From: Candidatus Peregrinibacteria bacterium | Lineage (GTDB): Bacteria; Patescibacteriota; Gracilibacteria; UBA1369 | Direction of reading: 5' to 3' | NCBI GenBank assembly: GCA_963708185.1 | Contig: OY970195.1 | Location: 384,001 to 448,000 of the forward strand | DNA: 64,000 bases | Shown: positions 29,522-39,946 of the stretch, piece after piece | Layout of the letters: each line of letters begins with the position of its first letter | How positions within the stretch are numbered: the first letter of the stretch is position 1 | The notes under the pieces: generated by a model | Databases searched by the model: none | Told to the model about the DNA's origin: nothing | The model's input: only the letters and a program-made list of their open reading frames with translations | Program-made: the position numbers and the translations under genes

Positions 29522-29959
29522 TCAGCCCGTTTTTTTACCGTCCGTTGTTCCGTTGAGAGTTTTGGTGATGTCTGAGGATATTTCGCCGCTTACGCTTTTT
29601 ATCCTTACTCCCGTGGTTTCCAGTTCGGGTTCGATGGTTTGAGGTATTTCAATTTTTCGCATTCTCGCTTCTTTTTTTTCAAATCCGAACATCGTGAAAT
29701 CGTCTTCGGAAAAATAGATTTTGGTGTAGCCTTTCAGAACTCTTTTATTGTTTCCATCAATGATTTTGATGTCATCGGTCAGGCCTTCATTGGTGATCTG
29801 AGCCATTCCGATGTTGTCGATGAAGCAGGTGGCCGTAAATCTTTTTCCTATTTTGATACGGAGTTTGAGTGCGAGCACGTCCGTGCCGTACGTGAAAGAA
29901 TCTTCCCGGTTTTCAAGTGGTTGCTGTAAAGCAGACGCTGATGAATGTTCATTGGACAT
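29522..29959 (-). CDS. Hypothetical protein (paralog of 29055..29468)
   Basis: 145-aa ORF with an AT-rich promoter-like upstream region. Confidence 0.7.
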   Translation of the reverse strand: MSNEHSSASALQQPLENREDSFTYGTDVLALKLRIKIGKRFTATCFIDNIGMAQITNEGLTDDIKIIDGNNKRVLKGYTKIYFSEDDFTMFGFEKKEARMRKIEIPQTIEPELETTGVRIKSVSGEISSDITKTLNGTTDGKKTG

Positions 29960-30127
29960 AATTTTTTGGTTAAAAAATTATGACTTTATTTAGGTTTATT
30001 TTGAATTATAGCAAAAATTTATGATTATGCAACTGTCGCATACGAAGAGTTTCAAAATGTGACGGCTATTTTCGCCTTTATTTCTGCGGGAAATTTGGTA
30101 AGATTTAGGGGTCTTATTTTTGAAGTT

Positions 30128-33100
30128 ATGTTTCAGCCGGTTGATCCGAAGCAGTCATTTCCGCGGATGGAAGAAAATATTCTGAAGTTCTGGGATGATC
30201 AGCAGATTTTTGAAAAATCAGTGGAAGCCAGAAGGGATAAGAAAAAGTTCGTTTTTTTTGACGGTCCTCCTTTCGCGAACGGACTTCCTCATTACGGGCA
30301 CATCATGGCGAACGCGCTGAAAGACGCCGTCACGCGTTACTGGACGATGAAAGGGTACTACGTGCCGAGAACAAACGGCTGGGACTGCCACGGCCTTCCG
30401 GTCGAATATGAAATCGAAAAAGAGCTCGGCTTGAGCGGGAAAAAGGATATCGAAAAAATGGGCGTGGAAGCGTTCAATTTGAAGTGTCGCGAAAGTGTTT
30501 TTCGCTACACCAAAGAATGGGAAGTCCTGTTGAAACGTATCGCCCGCTGGGTTGACTTCAAAGAAAGTTACGCCACGCTTGACAATACGTACATGGAATC
30601 CATCTGGTGGGTTTTCAGCCAGATATGGAAAAAAGAGATGGTCTATCTCGGGTATAAAAGTATGCATATTTGCCCGCGCTGCGAAACCCCGCTTTCAAAT
30701 TTTGAGGTCAGCCAGGGATATAAGGACGTGACGGATCTTTCCGTGACGGCGAAGTTCAAACTCGACGATGAGGACGCCACCATTCTGGCGTGGACTACGA
30801 CTCCCTGGACTCTCCCCGGAAACGTGGCGCTTTGTTTCGGTCCGAAGATCGAATATGTGAAAGTGGGCGTTAAATATGATGACGGAAAGGAAGAGGTGTA
30901 CATTGTGGCGAAAGATCGCGTGGAGGTGTTGTTCAAAGATATGAACTATAACGTCCTCGAAAAGGTCGATCCGAAGAAAATGGAAGGCCGCAAGTACGTT
31001 CCGCTTTTTGATTTTTATAAGGATGAGGTCGCCAAAAGCGCGACGGGGTACAGTGTTGTTCTCGATCCTTACGTTTCCACGGAGGAAGGAACGGGTATCG
31101 TCCACATTGCGCCGATGTTCGGTGAAGAGGACTATAACGTGGCGATGAAATACAAGTTGCCGTTGATCCAGCATGTTTCGATGGACGGTACGTTTAAGCC
31201 TGAAGTCACCAACTGGGTCGGGAAGTTTTCCAAAGGTCAGGACCAGAACATCGTCGAAGAGCTCAAGAAAAACGGTAAGGTTTTTTCCTCGATGAATATT
31301 CGTCACAGTTATCCTCATTGCTGGAGATGCGATACGCCTCTCCTCAACTATTCAACACGTTCTTTTTTCATCAAGGTGAGTGAGCTCAAGCCGCGTTTGC
31401 TCAAAAACAACAAAAAAATTCACTGGCAGCCCGAGCACATTCGTGACGGACGATTCGGCAAGTGGCTTGAAGGCGCCCGTGACTGGGCGGTTTCCCGCAA
31501 TCGTTTTTGGGGTTGTCCCATCCCGGTCTGGACGTGTGACGAAAACCATATGGTCTGTATTGCTTCAATCGAAGAACTCAAAGAACGTAGCGGCGGGAAA
31601 TTTCCGATGAGGGACGACGAACTTGACCTTCACAAGCCGTACATTGACGAGATTACCTTCGAGTGCGCCAACTGTGGAAAGAAAATGAAGAGAGTTCCGG
31701 ATGTTTTGGATTGCTGGTTTGAAAGCGGTTCAATGCCGTACGCCCAGCTCCATTATCCTTTTGAGAACAAACAGGAATTCGAAGATAATTTTCCGGCGAA
31801 CTTCATTGCCGAAGGTCTGGACCAGACCCGCGGCTGGTTTTACACGCTGCACGTTTTGGCCTCGATCCTTTTTGACAAACCTGCATTTAAGAACGTTATC
31901 GTGAACGGGATCCTTTTGGCCGCCGACGGCGAAAAACTTTCCAAGCGCAAGAAAAATTATCCCGATCCGAACGTTCTTTTTGATACGAAAGGTGTGGATT
32001 CCACGCGTATGTTTTTGTATGCCAGCACCGCACCTTTGGCCGAAGACGTCAGGTTTTCTGAAAAACACGTGGAGGAGATGGTCAAGAAGTTCACGCTTCC
32101 TCTTTGGAACAGCTACAGCTTTTTCGTGACCTACGCCAATATCGATCAATGGAAACCCAAGAAAGGGAAGGATTTTGAGCCCAAACATAAACTGGACAAA
32201 TGGATCCTTTCGGAACTTAACCAGCTCATTCAGGCGGTGACGGAAAACATGGACGACTATAATCTGACGAAAGCGACGCGTCCGATGATGGATTTCGTCG
32301 ATAACCTCAGCAACTGGTACATCCGCCGCAGCCGTCGCCGTTTCTGGAAATCCGAGAACGATACGGACAAGGTCGAAGCTTACCGGACACTTCATACCGT
32401 GTTGGTGGAATTTTCGAAGCTGCTCGCTCCGTTCATGCCTTTTCTCGCCGATGAGATTTACAGGAATCTGACCGGTGAAGAATCCGTTCATTTGGCGAAC
32501 TGGCCCAAGGCGAAAACTGCGCACATCCAGCCGGAGCTCAATGAGGAAACGGCTCTCGTTCGCAAGATCGTCACGTTGGGTCATGCCGTCCGCGACAAGG
32601 CCAATATTAAAGTCCGTCAGCCGTTGGGGCTGGCACAGGTTGGTGTCCCGGTTACCGTTGATGCGAAACTCGTGTTGGCACAGAAAGACGTGATCTGTGA
32701 AGAGCTGAACGTGAAAGATCTGGAAATTTTAAGTGACGTTCAGGATATCGTGAAATACTTCGTGATGCCGAATGCGCGCGTGCTCGGTCCGAAGTACGGG
32801 AAAGACGTCCAGACGATCATCCAGAAAGCCAAGGCCGGGGATTTTAGCATCGAAGACGGGGGCAAAGTGAAGGTCGGTGAATTTACGCTCGAACCTGATG
32901 AGGTCCAGGTCGGTTTCCAGGGGAAGTCCGGGTTTGACGTCGCCAGTGCGGACGGGATTTCGGTGGTTCTTGATACCACGGTTTCCAAAGAACTCAAACA
33001 GGAAGGTTACGCCCGCGAAGTTGTCCGTTTCATCCAGGATCTTCGGAAAGATGCGTCATACAATGTGGACGACAGAATTTATGTTCTTGTCGCTGCAGAA

Positions 33101-33256
33101 GGGGAAGTTGCCGATGCCGTGACAAAGTTTGCGGATTACATCAGCCGTGAGACTCTTGCCATCGAGCTCCAGCAGAAGGGTGATTTGGAGTGGGACAAGG
33201 AAAAAACCGTGGATGTGGAAGGAACCGCAGTGAAGATTGCGGTGAGACGTGGATAA
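30128..33256 (+). CDS. ileS: Isoleucine--tRNA ligase, type 2 (eukaryote/archaea-like)
   Basis: DGPPFANGLPHYGH, GWDCHGLPVE, WTTTPWTLP, EGLDQTRGWFY, KLSKR, long C-terminal extension without zinc finger. Confidence 0.98.
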   Translation: MFQPVDPKQSFPRMEENILKFWDDQQIFEKSVEARRDKKKFVFFDGPPFANGLPHYGHIMANALKDAVTRYWTMKGYYVPRTNGWDCHGLPVEYEIEKELGLSGKKDIEKMGVEAFNLKCRESVFRYTKEWEVLLKRIARWVDFKESYATLDNTYMESIWWVFSQIWKKEMVYLGYKSMHICPRCETPLSNFEVSQGYKDVTDLSVTAKFKLDDEDATILAWTTTPWTLPGNVALCFGPKIEYVKVGVKYDDGKEEVYIVAKDRVEVLFKDMNYNVLEKVDPKKMEGRKYVPLFDFYKDEVAKSATGYSVVLDPYVSTEEGTGIVHIAPMFGEEDYNVAMKYKLPLIQHVSMDGTFKPEVTNWVGKFSKGQDQNIVEELKKNGKVFSSMNIRHSYPHCWRCDTPLLNYSTRSFFIKVSELKPRLLKNNKKIHWQPEHIRDGRFGKWLEGARDWAVSRNRFWGCPIPVWTCDENHMVCIASIEELKERSGGKFPMRDDELDLHKPYIDEITFECANCGKKMKRVPDVLDCWFESGSMPYAQLHYPFENKQEFEDNFPANFIAEGLDQTRGWFYTLHVLASILFDKPAFKNVIVNGILLAADGEKLSKRKKNYPDPNVLFDTKGVDSTRMFLYASTAPLAEDVRFSEKHVEEMVKKFTLPLWNSYSFFVTYANIDQWKPKKGKDFEPKHKLDKWILSELNQLIQAVTENMDDYNLTKATRPMMDFVDNLSNWYIRRSRRRFWKSENDTDKVEAYRTLHTVLVEFSKLLAPFMPFLADEIYRNLTGEESVHLANWPKAKTAHIQPELNEETALVRKIVTLGHAVRDKANIKVRQPLGLAQVGVPVTVDAKLVLAQKDVICEELNVKDLEILSDVQDIVKYFVMPNARVLGPKYGKDVQTIIQKAKAGDFSIEDGGKVKVGEFTLEPDEVQVGFQGKSGFDVASADGISVVLDTTVSKELKQEGYAREVVRFIQDLRKDASYNVDDRIYVLVAAEGEVADAVTKFADYISRETLAIELQQKGDLEWDKEKTVDVEGTAVKIAVRRG

Positions 33257-33288
33257 AGCTATAATCCGTACAGCGTTTTTAGAAAATT

Positions 33289-33660
33289 ATGCTCAAGAAA
33301 ATTCTTATCGGCATTGTCCTCAACGGTATCGCACTCTACGCGGTGGCAAAACTGGTTACGGATCTGCAGTACACCGGCGGATTCATGTTCTTTTTGATCG
33401 GCGGCGTTATCATCGGAACGCTCAATACCTTCGTAAAACCTTTGATGAAGCTGCTATCTTTCCCGGTGGTCATGCTCACGGCCGGATTGTTCAGTTTTGT
33501 CATTAACGTCATCATCTTTTGGTTGACTGTCAAGGTTGTGAATGGTATACATTTTTCCGATGTCACGGTCACCGTGGGCAGTATCTGGACATATTTTATC
33601 GCTGCGCTGGTTTTCGGCATCATGAACTGGATCCTGCATATTTTAATTCCTAATAAATAA
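33289..33660 (+). CDS. Phage holin family (YvlD-like 4-TM) membrane protein
   Basis: G.LNTFVKPLMKLLSFP...LTAGLFSFVIN. Confidence 0.88.
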   Translation: MLKKILIGIVLNGIALYAVAKLVTDLQYTGGFMFFLIGGVIIGTLNTFVKPLMKLLSFPVVMLTAGLFSFVINVIIFWLTVKVVNGIHFSDVTVTVGSIWTYFIAALVFGIMNWILHILIPNK

Positions 33661-33671
33661 TTGTCTCCGTT

Positions 33672-33893
33672 ATGTTCCACACGATTTTGAAATATTTCGA
33701 ACTGGTCGTTTCTTTCCTGCTCATTGGTGCGATTCTTGTCCAGAACAGAAGTTCCGGGCTGAGCGCCACCTTTGGAGGCAGCGGCACTATCCACGTCAAA
33801 AAACGCGGAGCTGAAAAGGTCATTTACAATGCAACTATTGTCCTCGCTGTTCTCTTCGTAGGCAGCTCGATTCTTGCACTTTTTGTGCGCTAG
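33672..33893 (+). CDS. secG: Preprotein translocase subunit SecG
   Basis: ILVQNRSSGLSATFGGSG....KRGAEK; two TMs. Confidence 0.95.
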   Translation: MFHTILKYFELVVSFLLIGAILVQNRSSGLSATFGGSGTIHVKKRGAEKVIYNATIVLAVLFVGSSILALFVR

Positions 33894-33923
33894 AAGGGGT
33901 TCGTTCAATTTTTCTCTTCGTTT

Positions 33924-35606
33924 ATGAAGCGACTGTGGAAGATATTCGTCAGAGTTCTTCGCTCGTACAGTGTTGAAGAAAAAGTCATCACTATTATTGT
34001 TTTCGGGATCGTGGTTTTTGTTTTGGCCCAAGCGATTGTTGATGTTTTTAAAAGACCGAATGTTTTTACCATGGACGGGCGTTCTTTTACGGAAGGAATG
34101 GTCAGTGACCGGCCGGTCATCATCAATCCGCTTTACGTGGACTTTAACGATTCGGGGCGCGATATTTCGAGCCTGGTTTTTTCGGGTTTAAGCAAATATG
34201 ACCCCGCAAACCACGCTTTCGTCGACGATATGGCTACTTTGGCGATTTCCGAGGATAAAATGACCTACAGCTATACGCTCAAGCCGAACATTCTTTGGCA
34301 GGACGGACAGCCGGTGACGGCTGATGATGTGTATTTCACCTACCATGACATCATTCAGAGTCCGGATTTCCAGAATCCGGTCATCAAGGTCGATTTTGAC
34401 GGGGTTGATATCAAGGAGGTCAACAGCAAAACGATCGAGTTCAAGCTCAAGAAACCCAACGCGTTCTTCATCACCAATATGAACGTCGGCATTCTGCCGA
34501 AACACCTTCTGGCCGATACGCCGGTGTCCGAACTGCCCACTTCGCAGTTCAACGTGAAACCAGTGGGGACGGGTCCATACATGGTTGATGCTCCCGTGGA
34601 GATTTTTGATGACGGAAGAGAGAAAGTTTCCTTGAAAGCTTTTGAGAATTTTTACGGCAACAGGCCGCAAATTAACCAGATCCATTTCAATATTTATCCG
34701 AATTTCGATAATCTGCTCGATGAAATCGGCACGGTCAATATTATCGCCAAGGTTCCGACCGCGAACCTGGGCGACGTTCAAAAGACGGGAAGGTTTTCTT
34801 TGATGAACTACGAACTTCCCCAATATACCGCCGTTTTCTTCAATATGGATAACGAAGCGCTTAAAAAAGACAAGGTAAGGGTCGGACTCCTGAAAGCGGT
34901 CGATAAGCAGCAATTGCTTAAGCAATTCAGCGATAAAATTGCCGTCGATACCCCCTTGCTGGAGTTGAACCAGGAAGATTGGATTTATAAACCGAGCCTC
35001 GAAGAGGCGCAGGGAGCGATGTACGATGCCGGATACAAGATCGACAAGACCAAAGACCAGCCTTTCCGTGTGGATAAGGACGGAAAACAGCTTTCGTTCA
35101 CGCTTCTTGCGCGAGCATATGATGAAGGGACGGCTTTGGCCGATGAAACCCAGAAAACCGTTCAGTTTTTAAAGGACCAGTGGGCTCAGCTTGGCATTGC
35201 CATCGATGTTCAGATGGTTGATGGAGATACCTACCTCAAACGCCTCCAGGCGAGAGATTACGACATGGCGTTAGTTGGGCAGAGCCTTGGATACAACCTC
35301 GATACTTATTCCTACTGGCATTCGACCCAGGCTACCGCCAAAGGGTTGAATCTTTCCAATTACAAGAGTTTCGCGGCGGATCAGCTCATTGAGAAGATCC
35401 GTGACACTTTTGATCCGACCGTGAAAGCCGATGACCTCAAACAATTGGCAAAGGTGATTGCTGACGACGTTCCGGCCGTGTTTTTGTACAGACCGAAATA
35501 CACGCTGGCCACAGACAACAAGGTCCATGGCCTTACTCTCGACAATCTTGCTTTCCCCAGCGACCGTTTTGCAGGCATCGCCAAATGGTGCGTCGTCTGT
35601 CAGTAA
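33924..35606 (+). CDS. ABC transporter substrate-binding protein, family 5
   Basis: INPLY, LVFSGL, WQDGQPVTADDVYFT, PVGTGPY, YSYWHS, LNLSNY. Confidence 0.92.
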   Translation: MKRLWKIFVRVLRSYSVEEKVITIIVFGIVVFVLAQAIVDVFKRPNVFTMDGRSFTEGMVSDRPVIINPLYVDFNDSGRDISSLVFSGLSKYDPANHAFVDDMATLAISEDKMTYSYTLKPNILWQDGQPVTADDVYFTYHDIIQSPDFQNPVIKVDFDGVDIKEVNSKTIEFKLKKPNAFFITNMNVGILPKHLLADTPVSELPTSQFNVKPVGTGPYMVDAPVEIFDDGREKVSLKAFENFYGNRPQINQIHFNIYPNFDNLLDEIGTVNIIAKVPTANLGDVQKTGRFSLMNYELPQYTAVFFNMDNEALKKDKVRVGLLKAVDKQQLLKQFSDKIAVDTPLLELNQEDWIYKPSLEEAQGAMYDAGYKIDKTKDQPFRVDKDGKQLSFTLLARAYDEGTALADETQKTVQFLKDQWAQLGIAIDVQMVDGDTYLKRLQARDYDMALVGQSLGYNLDTYSYWHSTQATAKGLNLSNYKSFAADQLIEKIRDTFDPTVKADDLKQLAKVIADDVPAVFLYRPKYTLATDNKVHGLTLDNLAFPSDRFAGIAKWCVVCQ

Positions 35607-35668
35607 GTTTTGCTTTTTCCCGGGTCCTTCAGTACAATTTGATCGATATATTTCTTCATATTCGAACT

Positions 35669-36115
35669 ATGCAGGTTATTTTACGGCAGAACGTTCCCAA
35701 CCTCGGCAAGAAGGGCGAAGTCAAGAACGTCAAAGACGGATATTTCATGAATTTTCTCCAGCCGAGAAACCTTGCGGCGGTTGCGACTGCTGCCGCGGTG
35801 AAACATTCCGAAGAAATTCGAAAGCGCGAGGTTGTCCAGCATGAACGTATCCAGGAACAGGCCTCGGAAATCAAGGAAAAACTTAAGGGATTGAAGATCA
35901 CCCTCAAGGCCAAAGCCAAAGGAGATAAACTTTACGGTTCCATTACTGAAAAGGAGATTCTTGACGCTCTCGAAGAGAAAATCAACGTGCGACTCGAAAA
36001 GGACAATCTACTCCTTTCCGAGCACATCAAGGTGGTGGGAACCTATGAGGTCCCGGTGCGTCTTACGGAAGGCGTGGAAGGAAAATTCACGCTTGATGTC
36101 AAAGCTGAAAAGTAG
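35669..36115 (+). CDS. rplI: 50S ribosomal protein L9
   Basis: MQVILRQNVPNLGKKGEVKNVKDGY..NFL.P, KLYGSIT. Confidence 0.97.
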   Translation: MQVILRQNVPNLGKKGEVKNVKDGYFMNFLQPRNLAAVATAAAVKHSEEIRKREVVQHERIQEQASEIKEKLKGLKITLKAKAKGDKLYGSITEKEILDALEEKINVRLEKDNLLLSEHIKVVGTYEVPVRLTEGVEGKFTLDVKAEK

Positions 36116-36138
36116 GCGTTTTATCCATTATTCTTGAC

Positions 36139-36549
36139 ATGTTGTTCAAAGGGAAAATCCTCGGCATTGATTACGGTACACGGAATATAGGCCTGGCTGT
36201 CAGTGACGACGCCAGGCTTTTGGCTTTTGGAAGAGGTGTTTTGGACAGGACCAAAGGGTTTGATGATGTGGTCCGGAAAATAAAGGCGCTCTGCGAGAAA
36301 GAAAATGTCAGCGTGATCGTTTTCGGCTTGCCTCTCGATGATGAAGGCCAAGAAGTGGAAACGGCGGGGAAAATACGTAATTTCGTCAAAAAATTTGGAT
36401 TACACTTTCCCGGAATGCCCATCCATTTTATCGATGAATCTTTTTCTTCCTTTGAAGCTCAGAATTTACAGCGTGAATCCAAACGTTACGGTCACGACGA
36501 CGAACTTGCCGCCACGATCATTCTCCAGCGTTATCTGGATACGCTTTGA
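36139..36549 (+). CDS. ruvX: YqgF/RuvX pre-16S rRNA nuclease
   Basis: ILGIDYGTRNIGLAVSD, VFGLP, IDESFSS, D..AATIILQRYLD. Confidence 0.95.
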   Translation: MLFKGKILGIDYGTRNIGLAVSDDARLLAFGRGVLDRTKGFDDVVRKIKALCEKENVSVIVFGLPLDDEGQEVETAGKIRNFVKKFGLHFPGMPIHFIDESFSSFEAQNLQRESKRYGHDDELAATIILQRYLDTL

Positions 36550-36608
36550 TTCGCTTTTTAGAGCTTTTTTGGCTATACTTCCTTTGAAATACTTCGTTTA
36601 AGACTCGT

Positions 36609-39335
36609 ATGGAGTTGCTCGACATTCTGTTATGGTTGATTGGTGGCATCGTCGCTTTTGTTCTCTTCCTTGTATTGTTGGAACTTTTTGTCCGTTCACA
36701 GCAAAAGAGACGCTGCGGGAAAGAACCTTCAACCGTGCTTTCGGTCCGTGTGTCCAAGGATAATGAAACGGGGCCGATTGTCGCAGAACAGATCTTTTCA
36801 ACCGTCCACGGGATTGCCAAGAAATTGAGTTTCTGGGATCGTCTTCGCGGGTATGATCAAGATCAGGTGAGTTTTGAAGTTGCGAACATTGGCAGAAGTA
36901 TCAGATTTTTTGTTCATTTTCCGACGAAATTGAGGAACCTGGTCGAAGGTCAGATCTACGCCCAGTATCCCAACGTTGAAATCGTTGAAGTGGAGGACTA
37001 TGCGTCACCGAGTGAGGTTGAGGTCAGTCCCGGTGAACAGAAATCACCGGAGGAGGGAAGGTCCGTGGCTATCATTCCGGCAGCGAACGTCCCGGCGATG
37101 AAAGAAATAACTCCAGGCAAGTTCAATAAAATCAGTGAATTCAAAAATGCCGTGGGATTGGAACTGGCGCTTGCCGAACCGGATATTTTTCCGATCAAGC
37201 GTTATCCTCAATTTGAGGATAAAAAAGCGAAAGTTTCCCTCGATCCACTTGCAGCCGTTACGGCGACGCTCGCCAAGTTCAACGATAACGACGAGCAGGC
37301 CTGGATCCAGATCATCGCCAAACCGATGGAAGAGAAATGGCGCATGGTTTTCGTCAAATGCATCCGGATTTTAAAGAAAGGCATTTTCCTCAACATCGAC
37401 ACGTTCCAAAAGGCCTATGCGCGGGCATTCTGTACCAGAAGCAAGCTTTTGCGCATCATATTTTTCCCTGTGTACTGGATCATGTGGTTTCAGGGTGTTT
37501 TTTCAGGGACTTCCGTTCTGGATGCTGGCGGTCACGGTTCCGATGAAGAGGTTGAAGAACAGATTTCCAAAACCCATGAGAAAGAGACCTCGATGGTCGC
37601 CGCGATCGACAAAGTCGGCAAACTTCTCTATGAGGTCAGTATCCGTATCGTCTATGTTCCCAAGGAAAAAAATCCAGACGTCGCTCTGCTGAAACTCAGA
37701 GAAATCGCGGGTTCCTTCAAACAGTTCAACATTCCGCATCTTAACGGATTTCACGTCGAAAAAATCATCAAGAGCGATGCCATCGTGGAGACTTACCGTA
37801 AACGTGAAATGAGCCATCCGTTTGTGCTGAACGTGGAAGAACTGGCGACGATCTACCATCTCCCGAACACCACCGTCATGACGCCGAATATTTATTGGGT
37901 GCGTTCCAAGAAGATCGAACCTCCCAATGATCTGCCGACGCCCAAATCCGTTCCGGAAGCCGATTTTACCATGCTCGGAAAAACGAACTTCCGCGGCAGC
38001 AATCAGGAGTTCGGTATCAAGACCCTGGACCGTCGCAGACACATTTACATCATAGGTAAAACGGGTATGGGTAAATCCACGCTGCTTGAGAACATGATCT
38101 TTTCGGACATCCAGGCCGGCAAAGGGGTGGGCGTCGTGGACCCGCACGGTGATCTCGCCGAAGCCGTGCTTGATTTTGTCCCATCGAGGAGAACGAATGA
38201 CGTCATCTTGTTCGATCCTTCGGACCGCGACTATCCGGTTGCGTTCAATATGCTTGAAAATATCGATCCTGCCTTGAACACGATCGTATGTTCTGGGCTG
38301 GTGGGCATTTTTAAGAAGATTTACGGTGAAAGCTGGGGTCCCCGTCTTGAACACATTTTGCGCAATACGATTCTTTCCCTGCTGGAGTATCCGAATACGA
38401 CGATGCTCGGTATTCCCAGGGTTTTGCAGGACAAAGAGTTCAGGGGACGTGTTATCCGCAAGATCAAAGACCCTATCGTCAAAAGTTTCTGGATGAATGA
38501 GTTCGAAAAGATGGATCCCAAGAACCGCGTCGAAGCAATCTCGCCGATTTTGAACAAAGTCGGACAGTTTCTTTCTTCCCCGATCATCCGGAATATTCTC
38601 GGCCAGCCGCAAAGTACGCTTGATCTGCGTTTTGCGATGGATCACAACAAGATCATTATCGTCAACCTTTCCAAGGGAAGGATCGGTGAAGACACGTCGT
38701 CGCTTTTGGGTGCCATGATCATTACCAAGTTCCAGCTCGACGCCATGAGCCGTGCCAATGTTCCGGAGAAAGATCGTAAGGATTTTTACCTTTACGTTGA
38801 TGAGTTCCAGAATTTCGCGACCGACTCTTTCGCGACGATTCTTTCCGAAGCCCGTAAATATCGTCTCAACCTCACCATGGCCAACCAGTATATCGCCCAG
38901 ATGCCGGAAGAGGTCCGAGATGCAGTGTTCGGTAACGTCGGTACGATCATTTCCTTCCAGGTAGGTTTCGATGACGCCGAGTATTTGAGCGGTCAATACG
39001 GTGAGGAAGTGCTCCCCAATGATCTCGTCGCTCTCAGTAAATATACCGCGTATTCGCGTCTGCTCATCGACGGTATGCCTTCCAAAACGTTTTCGTTCGA
39101 CACGCTGCCTCCACCGAACCTTGAGGTCGAAGAAGGCCGCAAAGAAAAAGTCATCAAGCTTTCACGCGAACGTTACTCCACTCACCGCGAGATCGTGGAA
39201 GATAAAATCCGCCGCTGGAGCGAGGGTGCCCAGATTGGAGAAGGGGATGATAAAAAACCGTTACCGACACGAAAAAATAAACCGACGCTTCCGTCCAAAG
39301 AGGTTCCACCCAAAAAGCCGGGTTCGGAGGACTAA
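36609..39335 (+). CDS. Type IV secretion coupling protein-like (VirD4/TraD, HerA/FtsK ATPase) with long N-terminal domain
   Basis: DRRRHIYIIGKTGMGKS (Walker A), DPHGDL, YLYVDEFQNF (Walker B), LSEARKY, ANQY. Confidence 0.9.
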   Translation: MELLDILLWLIGGIVAFVLFLVLLELFVRSQQKRRCGKEPSTVLSVRVSKDNETGPIVAEQIFSTVHGIAKKLSFWDRLRGYDQDQVSFEVANIGRSIRFFVHFPTKLRNLVEGQIYAQYPNVEIVEVEDYASPSEVEVSPGEQKSPEEGRSVAIIPAANVPAMKEITPGKFNKISEFKNAVGLELALAEPDIFPIKRYPQFEDKKAKVSLDPLAAVTATLAKFNDNDEQAWIQIIAKPMEEKWRMVFVKCIRILKKGIFLNIDTFQKAYARAFCTRSKLLRIIFFPVYWIMWFQGVFSGTSVLDAGGHGSDEEVEEQISKTHEKETSMVAAIDKVGKLLYEVSIRIVYVPKEKNPDVALLKLREIAGSFKQFNIPHLNGFHVEKIIKSDAIVETYRKREMSHPFVLNVEELATIYHLPNTTVMTPNIYWVRSKKIEPPNDLPTPKSVPEADFTMLGKTNFRGSNQEFGIKTLDRRRHIYIIGKTGMGKSTLLENMIFSDIQAGKGVGVVDPHGDLAEAVLDFVPSRRTNDVILFDPSDRDYPVAFNMLENIDPALNTIVCSGLVGIFKKIYGESWGPRLEHILRNTILSLLEYPNTTMLGIPRVLQDKEFRGRVIRKIKDPIVKSFWMNEFEKMDPKNRVEAISPILNKVGQFLSSPIIRNILGQPQSTLDLRFAMDHNKIIIVNLSKGRIGEDTSSLLGAMIITKFQLDAMSRANVPEKDRKDFYLYVDEFQNFATDSFATILSEARKYRLNLTMANQYIAQMPEEVRDAVFGNVGTIISFQVGFDDAEYLSGQYGEEVLPNDLVALSKYTAYSRLLIDGMPSKTFSFDTLPPPNLEVEEGRKEKVIKLSRERYSTHREIVEDKIRRWSEGAQIGEGDDKKPLPTRKNKPTLPSKEVPPKKPGSED

Positions 39336-39838
39336 TAAGAGTTATGTTTGTTATCCGAACATCGTTCTGTGAGTCTCGGGTCCATTTGCCGATCCTCGGC
39401 GATTTTGTATTCGATCTTTGCTCTTCTGATACTGTCGTTGATGTCCTCAATTTTCCCGAAAAGTTCCGGATCTTGCGTGTAGAGGCTCAGGGCGTTGTAG
39501 CAGGCGCTTTTGCAGTCGGATATGACACTGTGGACGTCCTTGAACGTTGAACACTGGCGGTTACCGCTTTCAATGCTGTTCATGTAAAAAGTGATGCTTT
39601 TCCCAAGACTTTTGCAGTCTCTGAGATTGGATTCGAGTGCATTCTTTTTCAGTTCCTTTTCGTTTTCCTGAGCTTTTTCGATACCTTCTTTTTCGCGTTG
39701 CTGGGCTGTAGCGACCTCTTCATTGATTTTATCCCTAAGGGCGTTCTGTTTGAATCCATTGTATCCCGTGCAAAGGCCAGTACCAAATGCGAGCGCGCCG
39801 ACGAGCATGGTTTTTTCGAAGTGTCCGAACTTTTCCAT
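39332..39838 (-). CDS. Hypothetical protein (N-terminal hydrophobic segment, coiled coil, Cys-containing domain)
   Basis: 168-aa ORF from ATG 39838 (MEKFGHFEKTMLVGALAFG...) with its own promoter. Confidence 0.7.
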   Translation of the reverse strand: MEKFGHFEKTMLVGALAFGTGLCTGYNGFKQNALRDKINEEVATAQQREKEGIEKAQENEKELKKNALESNLRDCKSLGKSITFYMNSIESGNRQCSTFKDVHSVISDCKSACYNALSLYTQDPELFGKIEDINDSIRRAKIEYKIAEDRQMDPRLTERCSDNKHNSY

Positions 39839-39860
39839 GGTTTCTGGTGAAAGGTTTGTT

Positions 39861-39888
39861 ATTATAGTATTTTTTTTATGTATGTCAA
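39861..39888 (-). promoter_or_regulatory. Near-consensus sigma70 promoter
   Basis: TTGACA-16 nt-TATAAT on the minus strand (spacer contains an A8 run). Confidence 0.75.
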
Positions 39889-39946
39889 ATTTTGCCGCAG
39901 GGCCGCGAACTCTTCGCAAAGGAGGCATGAGCGTGCTATGCCGAAG

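Noticed and set aside
29960-30127. T-box leader upstream of ileS
   Set aside because: AT-rich, no T-box consensus or terminator, and a promoter-like -10 lies close to the start
33289-33660. Prophage implied by the holin-family gene
   Set aside because: No phage genes nearby; this family occurs commonly as a chromosomal membrane protein
37503-38996. Long antisense ORFs (497 aa here; others opposite ileS, mgtA and elp3)
   Set aside because: Antisense shadows of well-conserved genes with no recognisable motifs
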